A DNA stretch of 24,225 bases, from the NCBI GenBank assembly GCA_033762115.1, contig JANRLX010000125.1:1-24225 (forward strand), written 5' to 3'. Under the pieces are notes generated by a model. It saw only the letters and a list, made by a program, of their open reading frames with translations. It had not been told where the DNA came from and searched no databases. Positions 8,493 through 15,694 of the stretch are shown here, piece by piece. The stretch comes from Verrucomicrobiota bacterium (GTDB lineage Bacteria > Verrucomicrobiota > Verrucomicrobiia > Limisphaerales > SXQI01). Position 1 is the stretch's first letter. Each line of letters opens with the position of its first letter. A program made the position numbers and the translations under genes.

Positions 8493-9347
8493 CTATTTCC
8501 TGGTCCCATCGCGCGATGGGGCAGTGGGAGGAGGTGTTCCCTGGGGCGGAGCAGGAGGTTGAGGCTGATTCCCGTTATTGTTCCGGGGGTTCGTTGAAGA
8601 ATTATTTTCCTCCTCCGACTCAAGCAAACCGCCACGGTTCCAAAGAAGGGTTATTGAAGGTTTGTTCGGGTCAGGCTCGGGGCTGACATGAGGAACGCTT
8701 GAAGGGGTATAAGTCGCTGGAGAAGCGGGTTGAAAGAGTTCACTGACCGAACTGCGCGAGCTGACGAGGAGATCAATGCGGCTGAGGAGGCGATCATTCT
8801 GGAGGGTTGAAATTTTCTCGGATGCGGTGGAGGAGGAGATCAGCGGCTGGCTTTCGCCTGCCTTAATGACTCGTGGGGAAGGGAGTTCCGAATTTATAAT
8901 TTCCGCCTTGCCGGAAAGGAGAGTGATCTCATTTCCCTGGGCATCCAGAAGGAAGTCGGCGCCATTGACATTAATGATGGTGTCCTGAACCTGGAAATTG
9001 GCGGCAAAGGAACTGCGGCGGATGCTTCCAAGGAGTTGTCCTTTTTCCAAAACAAGATTTTTTTCTTCGACGCGAAGAATGGAATCAGGGGCGAGCCCAA
9101 CGATTCTGCGGGAAGGTTCCAGGTAAAGATCGACGGTATCAGAGTTCCCTGTTTTGACGCGAGTGCCTGGGGAAATTTTGTCGCCCGCCTTGAGCCGTTG
9201 CCAGTTGCCTTCGGATTTTGAGACCACAGGGGTTCCATGCAACCGCGCGACCTCGGCGATGCGGGCATTGTCGGCAGCAACTCCACAGGTAACCATTGCC
9301 ATACTGATTACCAGTTGCAGGACAAAAGATTTAAAAATATTCACCAT
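8493..9347 (-). CDS. Secreted FecR-like domain protein with Pro/Asn-rich tail (paralogue 2)
   Basis: Start ATG 9347 preceded by GGGGG; signal peptide MVNIFKSFVLQLVISMAMVTCGVAA. Co-linear with paralogue 1 (WQRLKAGD, KTG..DTVDL, GLAPDS, GQLLGSIR, NVNGADFLL, RIDLLVSSRSSVSELFQ). Confidence 0.75.
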   Translation of the reverse strand: MVNIFKSFVLQLVISMAMVTCGVAADNARIAEVARLHGTPVVSKSEGNWQRLKAGDKISPGTRVKTGNSDTVDLYLEPSRRIVGLAPDSILRVEEKNLVLEKGQLLGSIRRSSFAANFQVQDTIINVNGADFLLDAQGNEITLLSGKAEIINSELPSPRVIKAGESQPLISSSTASEKISTLQNDRLLSRIDLLVSSRSSVSELFQPASPATYTPSSVPHVSPEPDPNKPSITLLWNRGGLLESEEENNSSTNPRNNNGNQPQPPAPPQGTPPPTAPSRDGTRK

Positions 9348-9378
9348 TGAGAACCCCCGGGGCACCGATGGACTTGTG

Positions 9379-9407
9379 ACAATATCGAAAACTTTATGAA
9401 ATTACAA
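9379..9407 (-). promoter_or_regulatory. Candidate sigma70 promoter of paralogue 2
   Basis: Minus strand TTGTAA-17 nt-TATTGT, ending 31 nt before the ATG; same -10 hexamer and similar spacing as paralogue 1. Confidence 0.5.
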
Positions 9408-9463
9408 GCAGACTCATCTTAAAACCAGATATATTGATTCGTAGATAGATTAAATATTCAAAC

Positions 9464-9503
9464 AAAAAAGAGAAAAAACCTCCCCCACCCGGGGGAGGTT
9501 TTT
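9464..9503 (-). terminator. Intrinsic terminator after FecR-like paralogue 3
   Basis: Perfect 13-bp inverted repeat AAAAACCTCCCCC-ACCC-GGGGGAGGTTTTT (9474-9503), 34 nt past the stop, followed on the minus strand by TCTCTTTTTT. Confidence 0.85.
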
Positions 9504-9537
9504 CGATGCTGTCGGAAGAAAGTATAAAAGTATAAAA

Positions 9538-10563
9538 TCATTTGCGAGTGCCTCTGCGATTGCCTGGGTTACCGGGGCTAGTGCCATGTCCATCGTTGAT
9601 GGGAGGGTTTCCGGGAGGTTGTGGGTCATAACCATTGCCGACGCCGTTGTTTCCTTTTTGCTGACGGCAGCTGGTGCCGCATCCGGAATGACCGCAATGT
9701 TTGTTACTGCCGTGGTGAGAGCCACTTCCACCACCGCTTTTCCCACCATGAAAAGAGCCGCCACGGTTTCCAGGGTTGCCGGGACCTGTGCCTGGACCAT
9801 CATTGATCGGGGGATTTCCGGGAGGTTGTGGATCGTACCCGTTGCCGACGCCATTATTCCCTTTTGGCTTGTTTGGTTTGTTTGGATCACATTCCGGACT
9901 GACCTGAGGAGGGCAGGGTGGGCAATATTCAAATGTGGAGGCGGCCTGAAACGTTTCCGTTACCGAAGAATGGGTACTGACGAGGAAATCGATGCGATTG
10001 AGGAGTTTGTCTTTTTGCGGTTCTGATAATTGGGCAGAGGAACCGGCAAAAGATTGGGACTCACCGGCTTTGACAATTTGCGGAACTGCGGAGTCACGGT
10101 TGGAAACTTCAGCATTGCCGGACAGCACCTGGACTGATTTATCGGGGACATTGATGAGGAAATCGCCTCCGTTAACCTTAACGTAACCGGAATCTGTCCT
10201 GAAATTTGCGGCGAGGTTTTCTTTACGGATGCTGCCGATGAGTTGTCCATCCTTGAGATAAAATCCATTTTCTTCGACTTGCAGCACTGAATTGGGGGCC
10301 AGCCCGATTTGGCGGCGGACGGATTGGAGATAAAGATCAACGCTATCGCCACTGCCAGTTTTGATGGTGTGGCCGGGAGAGAGGATTTCTCCCTCTTTTA
10401 AGCGTTTTCGTTCACCTTCCTTGTTATAGAAGGTGGGAGTGCCTCGGATATTGGAGACTTCGATTAAAACAGGATCGCCCGCAAGAAGCGATGGGGCAGA
10501 AAGAGTGAGCGCCAGCATGATCCGGGCTCCCATCCATCCAATTTTATTCCTGGTTTGTCTCAT
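9538..10563 (-). CDS. Secreted FecR-like domain protein with Gly/Asn/Pro repeats and one Cys/His unit (paralogue 3)
   Basis: Signal peptide MRQTRNKIGWMGARIMLALTLSAPSLLA; same FecR-like core (RLKEGEILSPGHTIKTGSGDSVDL, GLAPNS, GQLIGSIRK, KVNGGDFLI, VKAGES, LLNRIDFLVS); low-complexity tail. Confidence 0.75.
   Translation of the reverse strand: MRQTRNKIGWMGARIMLALTLSAPSLLAGDPVLIEVSNIRGTPTFYNKEGERKRLKEGEILSPGHTIKTGSGDSVDLYLQSVRRQIGLAPNSVLQVEENGFYLKDGQLIGSIRKENLAANFRTDSGYVKVNGGDFLINVPDKSVQVLSGNAEVSNRDSAVPQIVKAGESQSFAGSSAQLSEPQKDKLLNRIDFLVSTHSSVTETFQAASTFEYCPPCPPQVSPECDPNKPNKPKGNNGVGNGYDPQPPGNPPINDGPGTGPGNPGNRGGSFHGGKSGGGSGSHHGSNKHCGHSGCGTSCRQQKGNNGVGNGYDPQPPGNPPINDGHGTSPGNPGNRRGTRK
9556..9864 (-). 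repeat. Two 102-nt direct repeats (9763-9864 and 9556-9657) encoding KGNNGVGNGYDPQPPGNPPINDG[PH]GT[GS]PGNPGNR
   Basis: 32 of 34 residues identical, with synonymous DNA differences; separated by a 35-aa Gly/His/Cys spacer. Confidence 0.95.
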
Positions 10564-10592
10564 AATTAGTCAGTTTCATGGCGGACTGACCT

Positions 10593-10606
10593 TCTCGAAT
10601 TCGAGA
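10593..10606. promoter_or_regulatory. Perfect 14-bp palindrome TCTCGAATTCGAGA in the divergent intergenic region (possible operator)
   Basis: Self-complementary sequence 30 nt upstream of the paralogue 3 start; function inferred only from position. Confidence 0.3.
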
Positions 10607-10756
10607 GAAGCTAAAAGCAGTCCAACTTTGCTATCGACAGAAAAGAGACTGGCGTAATGGGCAATCCGGGTTATTCTACCGGCCTGTTTTTTGCTAAATG
10701 GCTGGTAATTATTAATGAAAGAAGATTGTCTGCGAATGTTTAAGGGAATGCTCGTC

Positions 10757-12814
10757 ATGAAACCCGCATCATCCATCCAGTTCTTATTGTTGCTGATTTC
10801 AGCCCTTCTCCTGCCGGGGAGCATGGCAGAAGGGGGAGCGTCGCAGATTCAGATGGCGCCTCCGCCAGCGCCTCCGGAGATTGTGCAGGAGGAAAGCGGG
10901 GAGCCTGGACTGGAGCGGCAAAGTGTTGGGAAAACAGTTTATTCCATTGGCAATCCAACTCCGGAGGAGCAGTTCTTCCTGGAATTGATTAATCGGGCGA
11001 GGACGAATGCGACTGAAGAAGCGATTCGTTACATTACAACGACCCACCCGCTGATTATTGCGGCGATAGGGCAGTTTGGGGTGAACACGAATGTGATGCT
11101 GCAACAGTTTTCAACGAACCCGCCAGCGCAACCGCTTGCATTCAATGCGGCGCTGACTGCCGCGGCGCGGGCGCACACGATGGATATGTTCACGAACCAG
11201 TTCCAGGGGCATGTGAGTGTGAATGGGAACACACTCTCGACCCGGGTGGTGAACGCGGGGTATGCCGGGTTTTCACGACTGGGTGAGAATGTTTACGCAT
11301 TTGCGAGGGATGTGGAGCATGGGCATGCAGGTTTTGAAGTGGATTGGGGAAGTGCGCAAAATGGAGCGGTTGATGGAATGCAGTCACCGCCGGGGCATCG
11401 CAATTCAATCCACAATGTGAATTTTCGTGAGATAGGAATTGGAGTCCACCTTGGCTCCAACCCGCATCCGACACCGACGAAAAATGTCGGCCCGCTGCTT
11501 GTGACCCAGGATTTCGGGGCGAAGCAGTCGAACACGCCATTCATTACCGGTGTGGCCTATTACGACCGGAATGGAAACAATTTTTATGATCCCGGGGAAG
11601 GGATTGGCGGGGTGAACGTGGAGGTGGAGGGGAGCGCATTTTATGCGATCACCACCGCTTCGGGCGGTTATACAGTGCCGATCACGACGAACGGGAGTTA
11701 TTTAGTGACTTTCAGCGGCGCAGGTTTCAGCAGCGTCCAGCGATCGGTGAGTGTGTCCAACCTGCAGAATGTGAAAGTGGATTTTATTCCAACATTGCAA
11801 GTTGCGAGCATCAGCGGTTCAGCGACTCCTTCGATTGGACAGGCAAATCCGTACCAGATCAGATTGATTGGCGGAGCCACAGAGTATGACTGGCTGGCGT
11901 ATGAAAACATGGCGCTGGAATCGGAAGGAGCCGAAAACGGTTTGGCGAATGTGGATACAAATGTGGTTGCCGCTCCCGGGGTGCAGGTGATTGCCACCGA
12001 CTACAAGGCTTCAGGAAACGCATCGTTTTACCTGTATCATTTGAATCCCGGGGCAGTGCCGCAAACGATTACGTTCCAGGATGAGTTCCTGCTCAGCGCC
12101 AATTCACAGGTGACATTCCAGAGCATGCTTCGGTTTGCGTTGGAAGCTCAAGTTGCCCGAATGGAAATCCAGAGAGATGAAGGGAAACCCTGGGAGACGG
12201 TCTGGTCATTGCAGGGGAATAATATCTGGGCGAACTCAACTTTTCAGCAGCAACGACCTCCTCCGGCATTTACGAACATGGTGGTTGATTTGAGTGCGTT
12301 TGCAGGAGAACTGGTAAAAATCCGATTTAATTACGATCTCGGTACCGGCAATTATTTTGGACTTCAGCAGAATATATTCGAGATCGGCTGGCATATCGAT
12401 GACATCACATTTTCAAACATCAAAAAATTCAACGCGCACAGCGGCGGGACGACCACAAGTAATTCATTCAGCTTCATTCCGTCCATTGACCAGGAGTATG
12501 TGCTTAAGGCGCGCCCGGTGGTGGGGCCGCATGTTTATGGATTTGGGCCGCTCCTGACGGTTAATTCCCAGCCAGCTCCTCCGACGGTTCGGATTGATTC
12601 CATAGCAGCGCTGAATGGGAACGAGATTGAACTGGTGTTTGACCTTGGCAGCGGCTCGGTCAACGATCTGTTGATCGAAACAACCGCGAATCTCTCGCAA
12701 GGATGGACGACCCTTTCCGGAACACCACGGTCCGTGGGAAGCAACCGATTCCGCCTGGTAGTGAGTGGCCCGAACGGGGAGGGTGCGGCCTTTTTCCGAA
12801 TCAGCCTGCAATAA
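10757..12814 (+). CDS. Secreted CAP (SCP-like) domain protein with SdrD-B/prealbumin-like and jelly-roll-like domains
   Basis: ORF opens at 10715; the best signal peptide starts at ATG 10757 (MKPASSIQFLLLLISALLLPGSMA). CAP motifs LELINRAR, AARAHTMDM, GENV, GHRNSI, EIGIG, VTQDFG; then GVAYYDRNGNNFYDPGEG, DLSAFAG..IRF...GWHIDDI, and a C-terminal beta domain ending AFFRISLQ. Confidence 0.8.
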   Translation: MKPASSIQFLLLLISALLLPGSMAEGGASQIQMAPPPAPPEIVQEESGEPGLERQSVGKTVYSIGNPTPEEQFFLELINRARTNATEEAIRYITTTHPLIIAAIGQFGVNTNVMLQQFSTNPPAQPLAFNAALTAAARAHTMDMFTNQFQGHVSVNGNTLSTRVVNAGYAGFSRLGENVYAFARDVEHGHAGFEVDWGSAQNGAVDGMQSPPGHRNSIHNVNFREIGIGVHLGSNPHPTPTKNVGPLLVTQDFGAKQSNTPFITGVAYYDRNGNNFYDPGEGIGGVNVEVEGSAFYAITTASGGYTVPITTNGSYLVTFSGAGFSSVQRSVSVSNLQNVKVDFIPTLQVASISGSATPSIGQANPYQIRLIGGATEYDWLAYENMALESEGAENGLANVDTNVVAAPGVQVIATDYKASGNASFYLYHLNPGAVPQTITFQDEFLLSANSQVTFQSMLRFALEAQVARMEIQRDEGKPWETVWSLQGNNIWANSTFQQQRPPPAFTNMVVDLSAFAGELVKIRFNYDLGTGNYFGLQQNIFEIGWHIDDITFSNIKKFNAHSGGTTTSNSFSFIPSIDQEYVLKARPVVGPHVYGFGPLLTVNSQPAPPTVRIDSIAALNGNEIELVFDLGSGSVNDLLIETTANLSQGWTTLSGTPRSVGSNRFRLVVSGPNGEGAAFFRISLQ

Positions 12815-12899
12815 ACCCGGGAGTGACGGAGCCGATCAGCGGACATGGTTGTCCACTCGACAGTTGCTTTGTCGCTGTTCCGTTGCATAGTTGTCGCCC

Positions 12900-12941
12900 G
12901 GCAGGGCTGGCCGCCTTCGGGTGTCTCGATACCTGCCTTTT
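12900..12941 (+). terminator. Terminator-like hairpin immediately before rimO
   Basis: GGCAGG (12900-12905) pairs with CCTGCC (12932-12937), inner CGCC-TTCG-GGTG stem-loop, followed by TTTT. The stem is interrupted. Confidence 0.35.
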
Positions 12942-12948
12942 GTATTAA

Positions 12949-14562
12949 GTGAAGAAGCTGAAAGAAAATCCTGTCCGTGTTGGCGTTATTTCGCTTGGTT
13001 GCGCAAAGAACCTTGTGGATGCAGAGATCATGCTTGGATCCCTGCTGAAGGAGGGGATGGAAATCACCAATGATGCCGCGACTGCTGATGTGGTGATCGT
13101 GAACACCTGCTCGTTTATCGATGCGGCGCAGGAGGAAAGCGTGGATGCGATTCTGGAATCGGCGGATTTGCGTGAGGCAAAAAACCGCGGGCAAGGGTTG
13201 ATTGTTTCGGGCTGTTTGCCGCAACGATTCAGGGAGGAACTTCCGAAATTGCTGCCGGAGGTTGATGCGTTCATGGGGGTCGACCAGGTGGCGCAGGTCA
13301 GCACGATTGTGGAACAGGCGATGCAGCACCGGGCTGAACGATTGGCCAATCCAGTTAAGCCTCCAGCTCGCGTGAAGAAGCAGGTTGCCCGGACAATTGC
13401 CGCATTGGACCAGGCGAAACCGGAGCAGCATGCTCCCCTTGCGGCGGCGACACCGTTGTATGATGTGACCGCGCGGCCGGTTTACATTCCCGATTATGCC
13501 ACGCCGAGATTTCGCCTGACCCCCAGGCATTTTGCCTATGTAAAAATTGCGGAGGGGTGCAATCATCCATGCAGCTTTTGCATCATCCCGCGAATGAGGG
13601 GTGGGCATCGCAGCCGCCAGCAGGCGGACGTGGTGCAGGAAGTGAGGCAACTGGTGGCTGAAGGAGTGCGTGAGATCAACCTGATTTCCCAGGATTCAAC
13701 CTATTACGGGCTGGACCTGCGAGCGGAACGGAACGGTTCGATTGCCGCGCCTGAAAAATTCCAGGCTGCGACGCGGCAACTCCCGACGAATGCCACGACA
13801 CTTTGCACATTGCTGAAGGAACTGAACTTGATTGAAGGTGAGTTTTGGATTCGGCTCCTTTACACTCATCCTGCGCATTGGACGGATGAATTGATCGAGA
13901 CGATTGCCAGTTGCGAGAAGGTGGTGCGTTACATCGATATCCCGCTCCAGCATATTCATCAAACGATGCTGGAACGGATGCGGAGGGAAACCTCCCAGCA
14001 ATATATCGTGGAGTTGATCGAACGAATTCGAAAGGGAATCCCGGGGATTGCGCTGCGGACGACATTTATTGTCGGGTTTCCAGGGGAGACGGAGGAATAT
14101 TTCGATGAACTGCTGGGATTCATTGGCAGGACGAAATTTGAGCGGCTTGGGATTTTTACTTATTCGCATGAGGAAGGGACTCGTGCGGCCGCGATGGGAA
14201 ACCAGGTGCCGGAGAATGTAAAACAGAAGCGGCGGAAACTGGCGATGGCTGAGCAGGCGCGGGTGGCAGCTGAATTGTCAGAGAAATTTGTGGGGCGCGA
14301 AATCAAAGTGCTGGTGGAACGGCAGGCCAGTTCCAGCGAACTCGAGCATGCCAATGTGAGTTCATGGGAGCACGGGTTGATTCGCCAGGAAGGGGAAGCC
14401 GCGGTGGAGGGGCGTTATCTGCTGGCGCGTGGGGAAGCGGACGCACCTGACATTGATGGGCGGGTTTACATCACGGGAAGAAAGAAGCCCGCGATTGGAG
14501 AGTTTGCACGGGTGAAGGTGATCGGTCATACCACCTACGACCTGATCGCCAGGGCAATCTAA
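12949..14562 (+). CDS. rimO: Ribosomal protein S12 methylthiotransferase RimO
   Basis: UPF0004 domain SLGCAKNLVD / VNTCSFI / SGCL; radical SAM motif YVKIAEGCNHPCSFCIIP; RTTFIVGFPGETEE; TRAM domain with RimO-type DAPDIDG. Confidence 0.95.
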   Translation: MKKLKENPVRVGVISLGCAKNLVDAEIMLGSLLKEGMEITNDAATADVVIVNTCSFIDAAQEESVDAILESADLREAKNRGQGLIVSGCLPQRFREELPKLLPEVDAFMGVDQVAQVSTIVEQAMQHRAERLANPVKPPARVKKQVARTIAALDQAKPEQHAPLAAATPLYDVTARPVYIPDYATPRFRLTPRHFAYVKIAEGCNHPCSFCIIPRMRGGHRSRQQADVVQEVRQLVAEGVREINLISQDSTYYGLDLRAERNGSIAAPEKFQAATRQLPTNATTLCTLLKELNLIEGEFWIRLLYTHPAHWTDELIETIASCEKVVRYIDIPLQHIHQTMLERMRRETSQQYIVELIERIRKGIPGIALRTTFIVGFPGETEEYFDELLGFIGRTKFERLGIFTYSHEEGTRAAAMGNQVPENVKQKRRKLAMAEQARVAAELSEKFVGREIKVLVERQASSSELEHANVSSWEHGLIRQEGEAAVEGRYLLARGEADAPDIDGRVYITGRKKPAIGEFARVKVIGHTTYDLIARAI

Positions 14563-14565
14563 CGG

Positions 14566-15135
14566 ATGAATTTACCGAACAAACTGACCGTTGGCCGGTT
14601 TGTCCTGACTGCGGTTTTTCTCGTGGTTTTTTTTGCGCGCTGGCGCTATGCGGACACGCTGGCACTGCTTATTTTTATTGGGGCAAGTCTCACAGATTAT
14701 TGGGATGGGAAAATTGCGCGCCGCGATAAGCTGATCACAAATTTCGGCATTCTGATGGACCCTCTGGCGGACAAAATCCTGGTTTGTTCAGCGTTCATTG
14801 CATTCGTTGGTCGGGGGCTGACTCCGGCATGGATGGTCGTGATCGTCGTGGCGCGTGAACTGGCAATTACCGGGTTGCGAATGCTGGCTGCATCGAAAAA
14901 CCAGGTGCTTGCAGCGGAGGGTTACGGCAAGCACAAGACGATCTCACAGATTGTGACCATCATCGCGGTCCTGGTGCTGGTCAGCCATAATGAGTGGGGA
15001 ATGGTTGGATCTTTGTTCAGTCCCTGGGTGCCGCTGTTCGCAAAAATTTCATTGTGGATCACGGTGGCGTTGACGGCATTGTCCGGGTTGCTTTATCTCT
15101 GGAAAAATCGTGAGATTTATCTAAACGATACCTGA
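14566..15135 (+). CDS. pgsA: CDP-diacylglycerol--glycerol-3-phosphate 3-phosphatidyltransferase
   Basis: MNLPNKLT..R start, CDP-alcohol phosphotransferase motif TDYWDGKIAR...FG..MDPLADK, RELAITGLR; usual rimO-pgsA synteny. Confidence 0.95.
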   Translation: MNLPNKLTVGRFVLTAVFLVVFFARWRYADTLALLIFIGASLTDYWDGKIARRDKLITNFGILMDPLADKILVCSAFIAFVGRGLTPAWMVVIVVARELAITGLRMLAASKNQVLAAEGYGKHKTISQIVTIIAVLVLVSHNEWGMVGSLFSPWVPLFAKISLWITVALTALSGLLYLWKNREIYLNDT

Positions 15136-15136
15136 T

Positions 15137-15694
15137 GTGGATCCGGACGACCGCATAAGTTCGCTGGACCGGTTTGCGACGTTAGTTGCCCAGGGATTTG
15201 GCGTTGGCAAAATCCAGATTGCTCCGGGGACGTTCGGGACATTGCTGGGTTATCCATTGCTCGCTCTGCTGCTGCTTACGCAGAATTGGGTTTGCTGGTG
15301 GCTGGGGCTGGGGGGGATGGCATTGCTTGCGGTCTGGACGAGCAGCGTTGCGGAAAGAGTGCTGCGACACAAGGACCCCGGTTCCGTGGTCATTGATGAA
15401 ATCGTGGCAATGCCGCTCTGCCTGGCGGCTTTTTTGTATTTTGAATCAGCGGGTGATGATGGCGTGTTGATGAAGCCGCGAGAGGTTTTTTCCCTGATCT
15501 ATTTTCCTGTTTTAGCGGCGCATTTTATTTTGTTCCGGATTTTTGACATCTGGAAGCCGTGGCCTGTCCGGCAAAGCCAACGTCTGCCGAACGGCTGGGG
15601 AATTACTGTGGATGACCTGCTCGCCGCGCTCTACGTGAACCTCTGTTATTTTGGATGGGTCAGGTTCGGTCAGGATTTATTCCCCCCGCGGTAA
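15137..15694 (+). CDS. pgpA: Phosphatidylglycerophosphatase A
   Basis: APGTFGTL, KDPGSVVIDEIV, LFRIFDIWKPWP and GWGITVDDLLAA motifs. Confidence 0.95.
   Translation: MDPDDRISSLDRFATLVAQGFGVGKIQIAPGTFGTLLGYPLLALLLLTQNWVCWWLGLGGMALLAVWTSSVAERVLRHKDPGSVVIDEIVAMPLCLAAFLYFESAGDDGVLMKPREVFSLIYFPVLAAHFILFRIFDIWKPWPVRQSQRLPNGWGITVDDLLAALYVNLCYFGWVRFGQDLFPPR

Noticed and set aside
2359..10563. ECF sigma plus FecR-like genes as a classical FecI/FecR/FecA cell-surface signalling system
   Set aside because: The sigma has its own coupled anti-sigma candidate, the FecR-like proteins lack a cytoplasmic anti-sigma domain, two housekeeping genes intervene, and there is no TonB-dependent receptor in the window.
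12535..13650. Long antisense ORFs (12535-13650, and similarly 1111-1857, 2912-3718, 3678-4436, 6235-7167, 18694-19701)
   Set aside because: They lie opposite well-supported genes, show no recognisable motifs, and are expected in GC-rich DNA.
12949..14562. Radical SAM enzyme as the maturase for the Cys-rich repeats
   Set aside because: It has the full RimO architecture (UPF0004 + radical SAM + TRAM), no SPASM or RRE domain, and sits in the usual rimO-pgsA context.
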